Shown here: positions 36,901 to 48,088 of the stretch, one piece after another
How the letters are laid out: each line of letters opens with the position of its first letter
How positions within the stretch are numbered: the stretch's first letter is position 1
NCBI RefSeq assembly: GCF_000143415.4
Contig: NW_003314340.1
Coordinates: forward strand, 379,951 to 443,950
Origin: Selaginella moellendorffii
Lineage: Eukaryota; Plantae; Lycopodiophyta
Direction of reading: 5' to 3'
DNA length: 64,000 bases
The notes under the pieces: generated by a model
What the model saw: the letters and a program-made list of their open reading frames with translations, nothing else
What the model was told of the DNA's origin: nothing
Databases searched by the model: none
Made by a program: the position numbers and the translations under genes

Positions 36901-38907
36901 CCTGGTCAGCGCCATCCTATTGCATATATAAGCCGTACATTACAACCAGCGGAGATGAACTACTCCACGACGGAGAAGGAGTGTTTAGCAGCAGTCTGGG
37001 GTTTCGAGAAACTTCATGCCTATCTACATGGTTCTCGGACGTTACTTGAAGGTGACCATGCTGCTGTTACTTCATTATTGAAGCGGAAGAACCTGGTTGG
37101 TCGTACGGCTCGATGGGCTTTGAAGCTTCAGATATATGATTTCGATGTTGTTCATCGCCCAGGGAGTTCTATGGCTGATGCTGATGCCCTTTCTCGAGCT
37201 CCTCTTCCTTCTCCACTCACTTCTCATGTTTCTGACGAACCTGTTGTTCCAGCATCTGTGGATTTTCTAGATGAGGATTCTGTGCCGTCGGCGGTTGCTG
37301 TCCTTGACGTTCAGTGTCCACAGGGCGTAGAGCAAGATCTACCTTCTCTGGATGAGGTTCGCGAGGCTCAAAAGATTGAGCCGTGGATTCGAAGGCTTCG
37401 AGATGGGTTTGAGAATCCTGCATCACTTGCTGATGACTTGCCTTTTCGGCATTTACATTCTCAATATCGCCTTGAAGATGGCCTTCTTTATTTTGTGGGG
37501 ACGGATCCTGATGCTCATTTACGGCTGGTGGTGCCTTCGGTTTATTCCGCGGTTTTTCCATGCCTACCATGATTCTCCTATTCTAGGTGGGCATATGGGA
37601 CACCGTCGTGTCACCGAGAAGTTGCGCAGATCTTTCTATTGGCCAGAGATGCAACGTGATATTATCCGGTATGTGCGTAGCTGCGTTTGGTGCCAAGCTC
37701 GTAATACTCCCCCTTGTGCTGCGGAAGGACGGTTGGAGTCAATTGCAGTTTCTCGTCCGTTTGAGTTGGTGGCGTTTGATCTTATGGGACCTTTTCCGCG
37801 ATCGACTACTGGCAATGAGTATGTTATTATTGCTTCTGACTACTTGACTCGTTGGGTGGAAGTTGGTGCTCTTGCCAGTGCCTCTGCAACTGCTGTTGGA
37901 TACTTCCTCCTCAATCGAGTGGTGTTCCAGCATTCTTGTCCAGAACGGATTCTTTCGGATAATGGTCCTGCATTTATGGCTGAGGTATTTCATGTTTTGA
38001 CATCTCGGTTGGGGATACGCCACACTTTTATGAGTGCTTATCATCCACAATCAGACGGTCTGGTGGAACGGCTCGTTCGGACATTCAAAGGGATGATTGC
38101 GAAGTATGTGAACTTTCAACATTCGGATTGGGATGGTTATTTGCCGTCTCTTCGGTATGCTTATGTCACAGGGGTGCAGAGTTCTGTTGGTTCTTCACCA
38201 TATAAACTTCTATATGGTCATGATCCAATATTACCAACAGAGCTAGGTTTACCTTCGCGATTGCCACGAGCTCTTAATGCTAGGTCATGGGATCAATATT
38301 TGACAAGCATTCTTCCACTTGTCCGAGCAGAGTCTGCTGAACACTTAGGCCGCGTACAAGTGGGACAACAACGGCGCTACAATTCCCATCATCGTCCACC
38401 AGCGGAGTACAAAGTGGATGATTTGGTGTTAGTCCGTTTTCCCCATCTTACGGTACGTGGTTTATCTAAGGGGCTCCTTGCGTAGTGGAAAGGACCGTAT
38501 CGGGTGTTGCGGCAAGTTGGACCACAAGTTTATGAGGTTCGGCATGACGTTCAGCAGGCTGATCCTCCGGAGATTGTGCATGTGCAACGGTTAAAACGCT
38601 TCATACAGAGGGATCAGGAGCAGTTAATACCGTCTACAGATCCACCGATGCCTCCTCCTGACGTTCCTCCAGATCCCGGCCCATCTACAAGAGAACCCTG
38701 ACGGCCTTCCATTATTCCGAGAGGAGGGGATGATGTGAGGGCCAAGTGTACGGCTACGATGCCGTATACTAATATTAGCATAGTGGATTTTGGTAGCCGT
38801 CGGATTGGTTTCAATCCGGACCACTCGCTCCTATATATAAGCTAGGGTTTTTGGGTTAATTGATATGCACATTTCTGTATTCCCTTTCCATATTCCATGC
38901 ACTCACA
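33900..38907 (+). mobile_element. Ty3/gypsy LTR retrotransposon, copy 2 (same family as 4416-9417, opposite orientation), defective
   Basis: 174-bp LTRs at 33900-34073 and 38734-38907 with 5 differences. PBS 34075-34090, PPT 38719-38733. gag 34307-35239 has a premature TGA at 34772; pol has a 2-nt deletion near 37540 and a TAG at 38483. No clear TSD. Confidence 0.97.
35215..35278 (+). promoter_or_regulatory. Predicted -1 programmed ribosomal frameshift signal (slippery heptamer plus H-type pseudoknot); identical copy at 8039-8102 on the minus strand
   Basis: G GGA AAC in the gag frame, 6-nt spacer, S1 TCGCGCGAG/CTTGCGCGA, S2 ATGGAGGG/CCCTCCAT; pol is in the -1 frame. Confidence 0.85.
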
Positions 38908-38989
38908 TTGTATGTATATCTATTTTAATAATAATCAAATCAAATAAAAAACATTTAAGACAAAGTTACAGTTAGAGATTTCCACTCCT

Positions 38990-40268
38990 CTAGCATATTT
39001 CAACGCTACCATCGTTAAACTTTCGAGTGGCCTCAAGCGCACACCTTCTCTGGTTCATGAGCTGGGTCTTCATTTTACTCGCCATGCAGTTCTGATGCTT
39101 TTGCTGTTTTGCAGTCCCCTTGGAAACCACGGCGTTGCTTGGAGCAAAGTTGAACACTTGGTGCAGGAGATCGTTTTCCTGCAAGTGCCTCTGAAAGCCT
39201 TCGCCCAGGAGCCTTCGGAAGGCATTGAGCTGCACGGTTTGGCTCCACGTACCGATCTTGAGCGAGTCACCATGCTTGAGCTTGACACAAAGTCTCATGA
39301 CACGCACCACCTTGGAGAGTCGCCACCATGTCCCTGAAGCTGCTCCTCTGCTCGGATCTTTCTTTCTTCGTCTGGCCCTTCCGGCTGGAAGAGGCAGCCA
39401 GCGCTTTCATCTGATCCACCACCTGCAGCTCCATTGCCGTTGCTCCACCTTCGCCAAGAGCTTGCTCCTCCAACAGGTGGATGCTGCCAACTTCGAAGAG
39501 AAGAGCAATGGCTTCCCCGGCAGCCTTGCAAACACCTACATCTGGATCCTCGAGCAAACAGGACAGAGCTCCCAACACACTAGGGAGCTGGAGGGCCATG
39601 ACTCTCTTGGAACTCAACGTAGAAAGCAGCAAACTCCAGGCCGTGATGGCGGCCGCCTTGACTGGAGGTGTGGGTTTGCTCGTACCAAGAGTTTGATCTG
39701 CGTGAGCACTGCCTTTGTGGATGACAATCTGCCACAGGACCTCCATCGCGCTTGCCTCCTCCAAGTCCACGCCACCAACGAAAGCCAACATCCCGAGAGC
39801 CTCAATCGCTGAAACCCTCGCGGCAGAATCGCGTCCGAGCTTGGAAATCTTGGAGAGATGAGGGAAGCTAGCCTCGAATACGTGCTCGGCCACTTTCCCT
39901 GCCCCCGCGGTGATGGAAACCATGGCCAGAGCACGCCCCGCAAGAGCAGCCTCTGTCGAAGAACTCTGCTTGATTGACGACAGGATTTGATGAGTCAACG
40001 TTTCATACTTGTCGTCGACGAAGTGGGTCATCACCCTCGCCACGAAAGCGTCGATCATGCCCTTCAAGCCGGCCTCTCGGGTGCTGGATCGCTTCTCGTA
40101 CAAACAATCCAAGCTTGCCTCCAAGTCCAAGAGTGTGGACGAAGAGTCGTCGTCCATATGCTCCGTGTCACACTCGTGGTGTTGTTTGAGTTTGTTCTCC
40201 TTGTCTTCGGCATGCCTCTTGCACTTCTTGGACAATCTCTTTGACGATCGCACCTTAACGCACTCCAT
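38990..40268 (-). pseudogene. Interferon-related developmental regulator (IFRD) family, intronless, frameshifted duplicate
   Basis: Near-identical to 41594-42871; an extra A at 39289-39291 splits the ORF. Confidence 0.85.
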
Positions 40269-40487
40269 CGCCCGTTTGCTGACTGGGAGAATGAGAAAGC
40301 CCTAGTTCTTTGCGATCTTTTATACTCGCAGAGGGCGAGGCTTAATATTACTTTTGAACTTCACCTGGAGAAAGATAGCAAAGATGAGAAAAAACGAAAG
40401 AGTTGCTGATCACACGTTAAACAAGGGCAATCTTGCTAGACAAGGGGAAAACTAGGTTAACCATCTGGCCATGAATATTCCTTACTT

Positions 40488-40751
40488 TATTCTATCTATA
40501 AAGAGGAATCGAACCCGAGAGCTGTGGTTTGGGAAACCAAATCCTCAACCGATTGGTCTAAGCTTTTTTAGTGAGCTAGCAAACCAGAACTAGGGCTACT
40601 TATTGAGCAAAAAACTTTAGCATAAAGTCCTTGTTGGTTGGACTCTTCGGCATCGAACCCGGGTCTTCTACAACGGTTTAGATAGCCTTGATCTCAGCAA
40701 CCGGGCTCCGATAATAAAATAACGTACCATGTACTTAAACCATATTGGCAG
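40488..40751 (-). mobile_element. Dispersed ~270-bp repeat with two tRNA-like Pol III modules (candidate dimeric SINE), copy A
   Basis: Minus-strand B-boxes GGTTCGATGCC (40649-40659) and GGTTCGATTCC (40505-40515), each with an upstream A-box-like tract; second copy at 44183-44468. Confidence 0.55.
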
Positions 40752-41593
40752 GGTGTGTTTACGTTTTGGTCGATTGCCTCATTACTCTCAAAAGCTTACC
40801 ACTATGTTCACGCGGTCAATCATGTGACATTTACGTTCCTTTATCACATCTTCTTGCATCTTCTCTTGGTGGAGGCAAAGCAAGACGAACTTGCCAAAAA
40901 TCGGTCCAATCGACAATGAATGTCTCGAAATCTAGTGATCTTTTGGATCGTTTTGATACAAAATAGAAGCAAGATCTTGGTTACCACCCGAAAGCTTAAA
41001 GGTGCAATTAAAACCAAGATGGGGGCTTTTTTGGGAGAGGACGACATCTTGAAATTGTTCACAGTCCACGCCTGCCTGCCATTCTTCTGCCAATCACCTT
41101 CAAGACCCCCACACTTGTGCACAACTTTCTCGCTTGCTCACTTTAATTCTGAGCATGTTTTTGGTTTGGGAAGTCAAGATTGGGGGCTCTGTTTTGCTCT
41201 TATGTCGCTGCCATACAGAGCTGAAAGAAGAGGCGGGAAAACCTGGTGAAACTCAAGGAGATGAAACGCGCTGAGAAGATGAAAGACAGGTATAACACGC
41301 AGTCACTACAAAGTCTGCTCGTTTTCCTCTCACTTGCGCTGCAGAATGAGGAGCAGAAAGTTTCTCCCCTGGAGGGTACGAAGCTAGAGAGAAGTTGTAA
41401 ACATGCTAACGAGGCACTCAATGTTCAGCGCTCAAGAAAGGCCAAGCTGAAAAGTAAACCGCTTGAAGAGGTCGAGTAGAATTCTCGACATTTTTTCAGC
41501 TTGAGATCTTTGTAGTATACACAAGTCGTTTTAGTTCTCTCTCTTAAGTGATCTTAAGTTTGATACATTTGAATAGTAGAGATTTCCACTCCT

Positions 41594-42871
41594 CTAGCAT
41601 ATTTCAACGCTACCATCGTTAAACTTTCGAGTGGCCTCAAGCGCACACCTTCTCTGGTTCATGAGCTGGGTCTTCATTTTACTCGCCATGCAGTTCTGAT
41701 GCTTTTGCTGTTTTGCAGTCCCCTTGGAAACCACGGCGTTGCTTGGAGCAAAGTTGAACACTTGGTGCAGGAGATCGTTTTCCTGCAAGTGCCTCTGAAA
41801 GCCTTCGCCCAGGAGCCTTCGGAAGGCATTGAGCTGCACGGTTTGGCTCCACGTACTGATCTTGAGCGAGTCACCGTGCTTGAGCTTGACACAAGTCTCA
41901 TGACACGCACCACCTTGGAGAGTCGCCACCATGTCCCTGAAGCTGCTCCTCTGCTCGGATCTTTCTTTCTTCGTCTGGCCCTTCCGGCTGGAAGAGGCAG
42001 CCAGCGCTTTCATCTGATCCACCACCTGCAGCTCCATTGCCGTTGCTTCACCTTCGCCAAGAGCTTGCTCCTCCAACAGGTGGATGCCGCCAACTTCGCA
42101 GAGAAGAGCAATGGCTTCCCCGGCAGCCTTGCAAACACCTACATCTGGATCCTCGAGCAAACAGGACAGAGCTCCCAACACACTAGGGAGCTGGAGGGCC
42201 ATGACTCTCTTGGAACTCAACGTAGAAAGCAGCAAACTCCAGGCCGTGATGGCGGCCGCCTTGACTGGAGGTGTGGGTTTGCTCGTACCAAGGGTTTGAT
42301 CTGCGTGAGCACTGCCTTTGTGGATGACAATCTGCCACAGGACCTCCATCGCGCTTGCCTCCTCCAAGTCCACGCCACCAACGAAAGCCAACATCCCGAG
42401 AGCCTCAATCGCTGAAACCCTCGCGGCAGAATTGCGTCCGAGCTTGGAAATCTTGGAGAGATGAGGGAAGCTAGCCTCGAATACGTGCTCGGCCACTTTC
42501 CCTGCTCCCGCGGTGATGGAAACCATGGCCAGAGCACGCCCCGCAAGAGCAGCCTCTGTCGAAGAACTCCGCTTGATTGACGACAGGATTTGATGAGTCA
42601 ACGTTTCATACTTGTCCTCCACGAAGTGGGTCATCACCCTTGCCACCAAAGCGTCGATCATGCCCTTCAAGCCGGCCTCTCGGGTGCTGGATCGCTTCTC
42701 GTACAAACAATCCAAGATTGCCTCCAAGTCCAAGAGTGTGGACGAAGAGTCGTCGTCCATATGCTCCGTGTCACACTCGTGGTGTTGTTTGAGTTTGTTT
42801 TCCTTGTCTTCGGCATGCCTCTTGCACTTCTTGGACAATCTCTTTGACGATCGCACCTTAACGCACTCCAT
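41594..42871 (-). CDS. IFRD family protein, 425 aa, single exon
   Basis: LYEKRSSTREAGL, AAITAWSLLLST, AAGEAIALL and GFQRHLQENDLLHQVFNF motifs typical of IFRD proteins. Confidence 0.88.
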   Translation of the reverse strand: MECVKVRSSKRLSKKCKRHAEDKENKLKQHHECDTEHMDDDSSSTLLDLEAILDCLYEKRSSTREAGLKGMIDALVARVMTHFVEDKYETLTHQILSSIKRSSSTEAALAGRALAMVSITAGAGKVAEHVFEASFPHLSKISKLGRNSAARVSAIEALGMLAFVGGVDLEEASAMEVLWQIVIHKGSAHADQTLGTSKPTPPVKAAAITAWSLLLSTLSSKRVMALQLPSVLGALSCLLEDPDVGVCKAAGEAIALLCEVGGIHLLEEQALGEGEATAMELQVVDQMKALAASSSRKGQTKKERSEQRSSFRDMVATLQGGACHETCVKLKHGDSLKISTWSQTVQLNAFRRLLGEGFQRHLQENDLLHQVFNFAPSNAVVSKGTAKQQKHQNCMASKMKTQLMNQRRCALEATRKFNDGSVEIC

Positions 42872-43019
42872 CGCCCGTTTGCTGACTGGAAGAATGAGAA
42901 AGCCCTAGTTCTTTGCGATCTTTTATACTCGCGGAGGGCAAGGCTTAATAAAAATGTAATTTACTTTTGAACTTCACCTGGAGAAAGATAGCGAAGGTGA
43001 GAAGTAAAAACTCTGCTAG

Positions 43020-43256
43020 GATGTCTTTGGAAAATACATGACGTTTTGGTACCATCCCCCGCATTCTCGGCGCTTCGTCCTTGGAAGAACCCATTTGGTC
43101 GATAGATTGCGCTTGATCGTTGTGTTGAGCTGAGAGAAAGAGGAGAGAGGCGTCACCAAAGTTCTCCATTGTCATTTCATAAACTTGGTGTAACTTACCT
43201 GTTGACGAATTGGAAGTGATCATCAGGCAACCGATCCTTGGTAACTCTGAAAAGCT
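43020..43256. repeat. Local duplication of 43020-43256 at about 44470-44812
   Basis: tgtctttggaaaatacatgacgttttgg..ggcgcttcgtccttggaagaacccatt..gtaactctgaaaagct occurs at both sites; the second copy is fused directly to the truncated PPR. Confidence 0.8.
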
Positions 43257-44182
43257 TACCACTACCAACGTTTCTGGGCCTCCTGTTGTATCTAAACTAA
43301 TAGGCACGAGCTGTTACAACGAGTCAAACGAATGTCAAGAAAGACAAACCTGGACGAGCTCTCATTCGATTCCCCTTCGACAGGACCAGCCACTGCCAGC
43401 TTTTTTGGCACTTGGCATCTACTAGCTCATCGGAGAACTTCACAAACCGTCGCTTGTTTTCTCCTTGGTTGTCAAACTGCATCAGCTTCTTGGCTTAGCG
43501 TGACGAGGCATTGCTTGCGAGGTCATACTCCAGCCTACACAACGGCAGCTCGCTCAACACAAAACCTCTTTGAAATGTAAGTGACAAAGCCACCCTCGGA
43601 GTGCCAGGCAGATGTAAAGCTTCAAGTAGCATAGCCCATGCCTAGCATAAACTGAGCAAGGTCGTCATGGTGCTCTCGTCCAAGCCTGAAAGCCCTGCAA
43701 AACAAGGACTACTAGTAAAGCAAGTACTACCAATCAGTAAAGCATACCATTTCACAGCGCTAGCAGCGTAACGCCTCCGTGAGCAGCAAGACATCGGTGG
43801 ATAAACCATGAACCTGTCATATACAAAGTGCACGTCCACAAATGATCATGCTCTGTTAAAATGAATGCAATCCAGTTACCTGTCAACAATCCAAAGGACG
43901 CCGTCTCAGACTCCAGGACGCTTGTGCCCCATAGGTAATCTGGATACTGCTACAGCAACGCCGCCTCCCCCATCGCAACGCCACGCCTGCAACCTTCTGG
44001 TGTCTTCCACATCCATTTGGCTGGCGGAGGCCGTGCAGTTGAAGGAGCAGTGTGGAATGGAGCGAGCCGGACAACCTGTGACCAAAACAAATTTACCAAA
44101 CTTCTCAGCGTATAACCAACGTACCTCTAACGTCTAACGTGGTCGAAGTGTCCACAGTCAACAAAGCAATCTGCCAACTCTC

Positions 44183-44468
44183 TATTCTATCTATAGGCAC
44201 AATAGAAGAGTCGAACCCCAGACCAAAGGTCTGGGAGACCAGGGTCCTAAGCGACTGGTCTAAGCTTTTTTAGTGAGCTAGCAAACCAGAACTAGGGGTA
44301 CTTATTGACCAAATTTTTTTTTCATAAAGTCCTTGTTGGTTGGACTCTTCGGCATCGAACCCGGGTCTTCTACAGCGGTTTACCTCTACACTTACCTGAT
44401 AGCCATCATCTCGGCAACCGGGCTCCGATAATAAAATAACAATACCATGTAGTTAAACCATATGGCAG
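44183..44468 (-). mobile_element. Candidate dimeric tRNA-derived SINE, copy B
   Basis: Shares tattctatctata, ggtctaagcttttttagtgagctagcaaaccagaactaggg, ggactcttcggcatcgaacccgggtcttctaca and gcaaccgggctccgataataaaataac with 40488-40751. Confidence 0.55.
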
Positions 44469-44811
44469 ATTGTCTTTGGAAAATACATGACGTTTTGGGC
44501 GATCGCCCACCATCCCCCCACCATCCCCAGCATTCTCAATGCTCCAGGCCGGCGCTTCGTCCTTGGAAGAACCCATTCGCGGATTTTGGAGTTCGGAGGA
44601 GGACGGAATCTATCGAGATTGGTCGATCTTTGCGCTTGATCGTTGTGTGTGAGCTGAAAAAAAGAGAAGAGAGGCATCGCCCAAGGTCTCCATTGTCACT
44701 TCATACACTTGCCTAAACTTCCTTTGTTACGGTTTCTCCGCTTGAGGCCACCTCTGTAACTTACTTGTTGACGAACTGGTCAGGCAACCGATCCTTCGTA
44801 ACTCTGAAAAG

Positions 44812-45726
44812 CTCTTCTCCAGGTGGTCGATCTTCACAAGCTTCCCACCGATGTGATCTGTGGCCTCTTCTTTCGTGGCAAGAAGGCTGCAAGCTCTGAG
44901 AGCCGCCATGAAAACTCTCCCATCTGGGGAGATGTGGCTTTCCTCGTCGTCTTCTTGGATCATCCGGAAGAAGAGATCCATCGCCAGCTTTGCGTCGCCA
45001 CACTCGACGTAGCCGAGCAGCAGGGAAGTCCACGAAACCACATCTCGAGCGGCCATCCTATCGAAAACCATCCGAGCGTCCCACACTTCGTATAGATGTC
45101 CGCGAGAGCGTTGGTGATGAAAGCGTTGGAGTAGCAGCAGCGAAGCGTGGACACTGCCCGAGAGTGGATCTCCATCGCCGTGCTAAGCGCCCGGACCTTG
45201 ACGAGCTTATTCCTTCCGGAGCTTCCCTCGCTGCCAAGCTCGAGCAGGCCCTGAGAGCCGCCACGAAAGCTCTCGAGTCCGGCGATGGTGTTGCGGAGCT
45301 CTCATCCTCCTCACTTCCATCGTTTCTTCTCAGCCGGTGGAAGAGCTCCAGCGCGATCTCTCCCCGCCCAGCCTCGGCGTAGCCCAGCATGAGATTGACG
45401 AAGGAGGCGGCGTCGCGCCGGGGCATGGCGTCGAAAACCCTGTGAGCGTCGACGAGGCTGCCGCATTTGGCATACATGTAGATGAGAGCTCCGCCCACGC
45501 GAGTGGTGGAGCTGAAGAGCGCGCTGGCGATGGCGTCGCTGTGGAGCCTCTTGCCCCGCTCCAAATCCCTCGACGCCGCGCAAGCCTTGAGCGCCGTGAG
45601 GAGCTCGCGAGCCGCGGGCTTGTAGCTGGCGATGGCATCGCTGTGGAAATCTCTCGCGAGTGAGCGCTCGGCGCGAAGGAATGCGGCAGAGAACTCACCT
45701 CCCAGTCGCTTGGCCCAAAAAAGCAT
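44812..45726 (-). pseudogene. 3'-truncated, frameshifted duplicate of the PLS-PPR gene
   Basis: Near-identical to 20824-21752, with short deletions near 45080 and 45208; homology ends abruptly at HLEK (about 44812). Confidence 0.9.
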
Positions 45727-45825
45727 AACCTAAGAGAGAGGCGAATCTTTTAAGGTCCAAGAGCATATTCGTATAAATCGTAGAATATCCTTATTCTCCA
45801 CTCGTCAAACTTTTCCAAGTCCTTA

Positions 45826-46420
45826 TCGAATGGATTCTAAACAGGGATAGAAATTCTTGGAAGGCGCTCTAATCTAATCATCTGTTTCCTCCCATGCAGC
45901 GAATCTCCCGACTGGAGCATTCTCTAAGCAGCTGGCAGAGAAAGTTTGCGGGATTTCCCTAGGGCTGGGCCGAGGCTTGTTTGGGATGGTGACGAACGTC
46001 GGCTGGAATCCATACTTTTGACAATGCAGAGAAAACAGTGGTAGGTCGACTCTTGTGTTTGCTAGGAAGAAAGCTCAATTAGTACCACTACAGGAACCCT
46101 GGGCATTGCAAGGAAGATTTCTATGGAGAGGAACTCTAGTGCCGAAAGTACCTAGTTCACGATGAAATGATTTTAAATGGAAATAACGGTTGTTTTGACG
46201 AATCACACACTCTTAGCATTTTCTTGCGTGTTTTTTACTGCTCCTTAAGATCCACAAGTTTAAAGCTCTAGCAGAACAAAGCGACCTCCTCCAATCGTTT
46301 CAACGAATCGCTGGAAAGAGTAGTCGCTGAGCTTTTCCAACGAAAGTCAATACAAAGTCAAACATGACAATGACTTTGAGACTTAACGTAGAATTTCGCG
46401 ATTCTTATGTTTCCATTCGA
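45826..46420 (+). pseudogene. Another duplicated fragment of the FHY/RFK 3' region
   Basis: tcgaatggattct..aacagggatag, gcagcgaatctcccgactggagcattct and gacaatgcagagaaaacagtggta match 50640-51450 with deletions. Confidence 0.85.
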
Positions 46421-46645
46421 GGGAGAGCAACACGGCCTGGATCTTAAATACGAGCCGAGATCCAAATCCATGCCTGCCAGTGTAGCCCCTTCCCTCCTCC
46501 TACAACCTTCAGCGAAAAAATTCCAGCTCGATTTCTTTGGCAAGAGTATCGATCGCCTGCTCTTCCACGGAGCATAGCTCCGCACACACAATAAGAACAA
46601 GATGTCTGAAATAATCTTGAAAAGGTTTCAATTTCAATTTCAATT

Positions 46646-47914
46646 TCATCTGGTATAAATGGTAACCGGAATGTTGGCCACACATGTTGCTAGCTCTTGG
46701 AGCTCACTACGGTTGGCCTCATTCCCAAACAAGACAATACTTTGCAAAGCTGGGCAGGATTGCACAAACTTATCCAGCAAGACACGGAATTGTAATGGTT
46801 TGCCGCAGGATACGTCTAAACACACCTTCCTTAGCCTCGGAAGTTCTTGAATCTCACTTGGAAAACCCCTGCTGCATTGGCATCTGCTTCCAAAACAGCT
46901 GAGGATCAACTCCTGGCACTCCTTAAACTGTTCCAACACAAACACCGCCCATGCGACCTCATGAGGACAAGATCGTCGACAGAATGGTCCATTGCACTCC
47001 AACCTCATAGCTTTGAAATGCATCCTTTCCATAGCGGCAACTGTCGTCTCCAGCGCACCCAATCTAAACGCAAGAGTTTCCAATGCGTTACATACAAGCT
47101 TAAGCACCCCGGGTACCTTCTCCGACTCCACAAATGTCTCACAGTAGCCAAGCGACAGCTTCTTCAGGCGCGGAGCTCTCATCTTGAGCCTCTCGCAGTC
47201 ACCAATGCAAGCGGTCTCTAGATTGGGAAGGTCCAACTCGATCAGGCCGCCCGCGCTGCCTGGCGTTTGAAGGCTCAACACTCTCAGGCTTGATGACGAT
47301 AGGGAGCCCCAGAAGCCCCACACGTTTGCCGATAGCTCTTCAAGCGCTGGGCATGCAGGCAGGAGCTCCGTCACGAGGTCTAGACCAAGCACATTGTCAA
47401 AGCTGCAACGCGCGAGAGCTGGAAATGTGAGGCTTAGCGGAGCCTTTCTGCGGTACATGAGCTCCTTGCCCATGGGCACAAAGCAAAGCCTGTAAAACCT
47501 CACGAACTTGAGCTTGGGACACGACTTGGAGACCAGCTCTAGATCAAAGCAGCTGTACGGCGTGTACTCGTCGTTCTCAATCGTGAGCTCCTCCAGAGTG
47601 GCTGCAATGCTTGTGATCCATGAGTAGTTCATGTGTAGAGAGGAATTGTATCTGTGAATGACGAGCTTTCGGATGGATTGATGCACCAGCTTGAGACCCA
47701 TGCCTCGTGGCTTGAGATTGATTGATACGAGACCAACCTCCTCCTTGGCAATTCTGTGCCACCTCTTGCTCACCAGAGCGTACATGATGTTGTGACGCGC
47801 GCCAGGAAACCTGGTATGGGGTACCTTGTCCAGGATGAGCGCAAGAACAGCGTCCGGTAGGCTGTCAATGGTGGTGCCCTGATCGCCAGGAAGATCTGGA
47901 CCTTGGACGTCCAT
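46646..47914 (-). CDS. F-box/LRR (RNI-like) protein, 422 aa, single exon
   Basis: N-terminal F-box IDSLPDAVLALIL..ALVSKRW; repeated CPxLxxL leucine-rich motifs. Confidence 0.88.
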   Translation of the reverse strand: MDVQGPDLPGDQGTTIDSLPDAVLALILDKVPHTRFPGARHNIMYALVSKRWHRIAKEEVGLVSINLKPRGMGLKLVHQSIRKLVIHRYNSSLHMNYSWITSIAATLEELTIENDEYTPYSCFDLELVSKSCPKLKFVRFYRLCFVPMGKELMYRRKAPLSLTFPALARCSFDNVLGLDLVTELLPACPALEELSANVWGFWGSLSSSSLRVLSLQTPGSAGGLIELDLPNLETACIGDCERLKMRAPRLKKLSLGYCETFVESEKVPGVLKLVCNALETLAFRLGALETTVAAMERMHFKAMRLECNGPFCRRSCPHEVAWAVFVLEQFKECQELILSCFGSRCQCSRGFPSEIQELPRLRKVCLDVSCGKPLQFRVLLDKFVQSCPALQSIVLFGNEANRSELQELATCVANIPVTIYTR

Positions 47915-48088
47915 CCGGTTAGAATTTCCCTAGCCACGATCCTTTATCCTTTATCCTTTATAGCGTCGCTAAATACACAGTTGTAACCTAAAGGAGCCAA
48001 TAATAGCATAACTCATACTCGTAGAATATTCTTATTCTCCACGAATAAAGAATATCCATATTTCAAGCATAGCTAGGGCTTTGCTGCG

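Noticed and set aside
4416-38907. Inversion by recombination between the two inverted gypsy copies
   Set aside because: Copy 1 retains matching GATT TSDs on both sides, so its flanks were not exchanged.
40500-40570. Functional tRNA-Gly(CCC) gene
   Set aside because: Acceptor, D and T stems do not pair properly; treated as a SINE-like module.
43260-44150. Minus-strand exon/intron-like remnants
   Set aside because: Splice-like signals are present but frames contain stops and no product could be identified.
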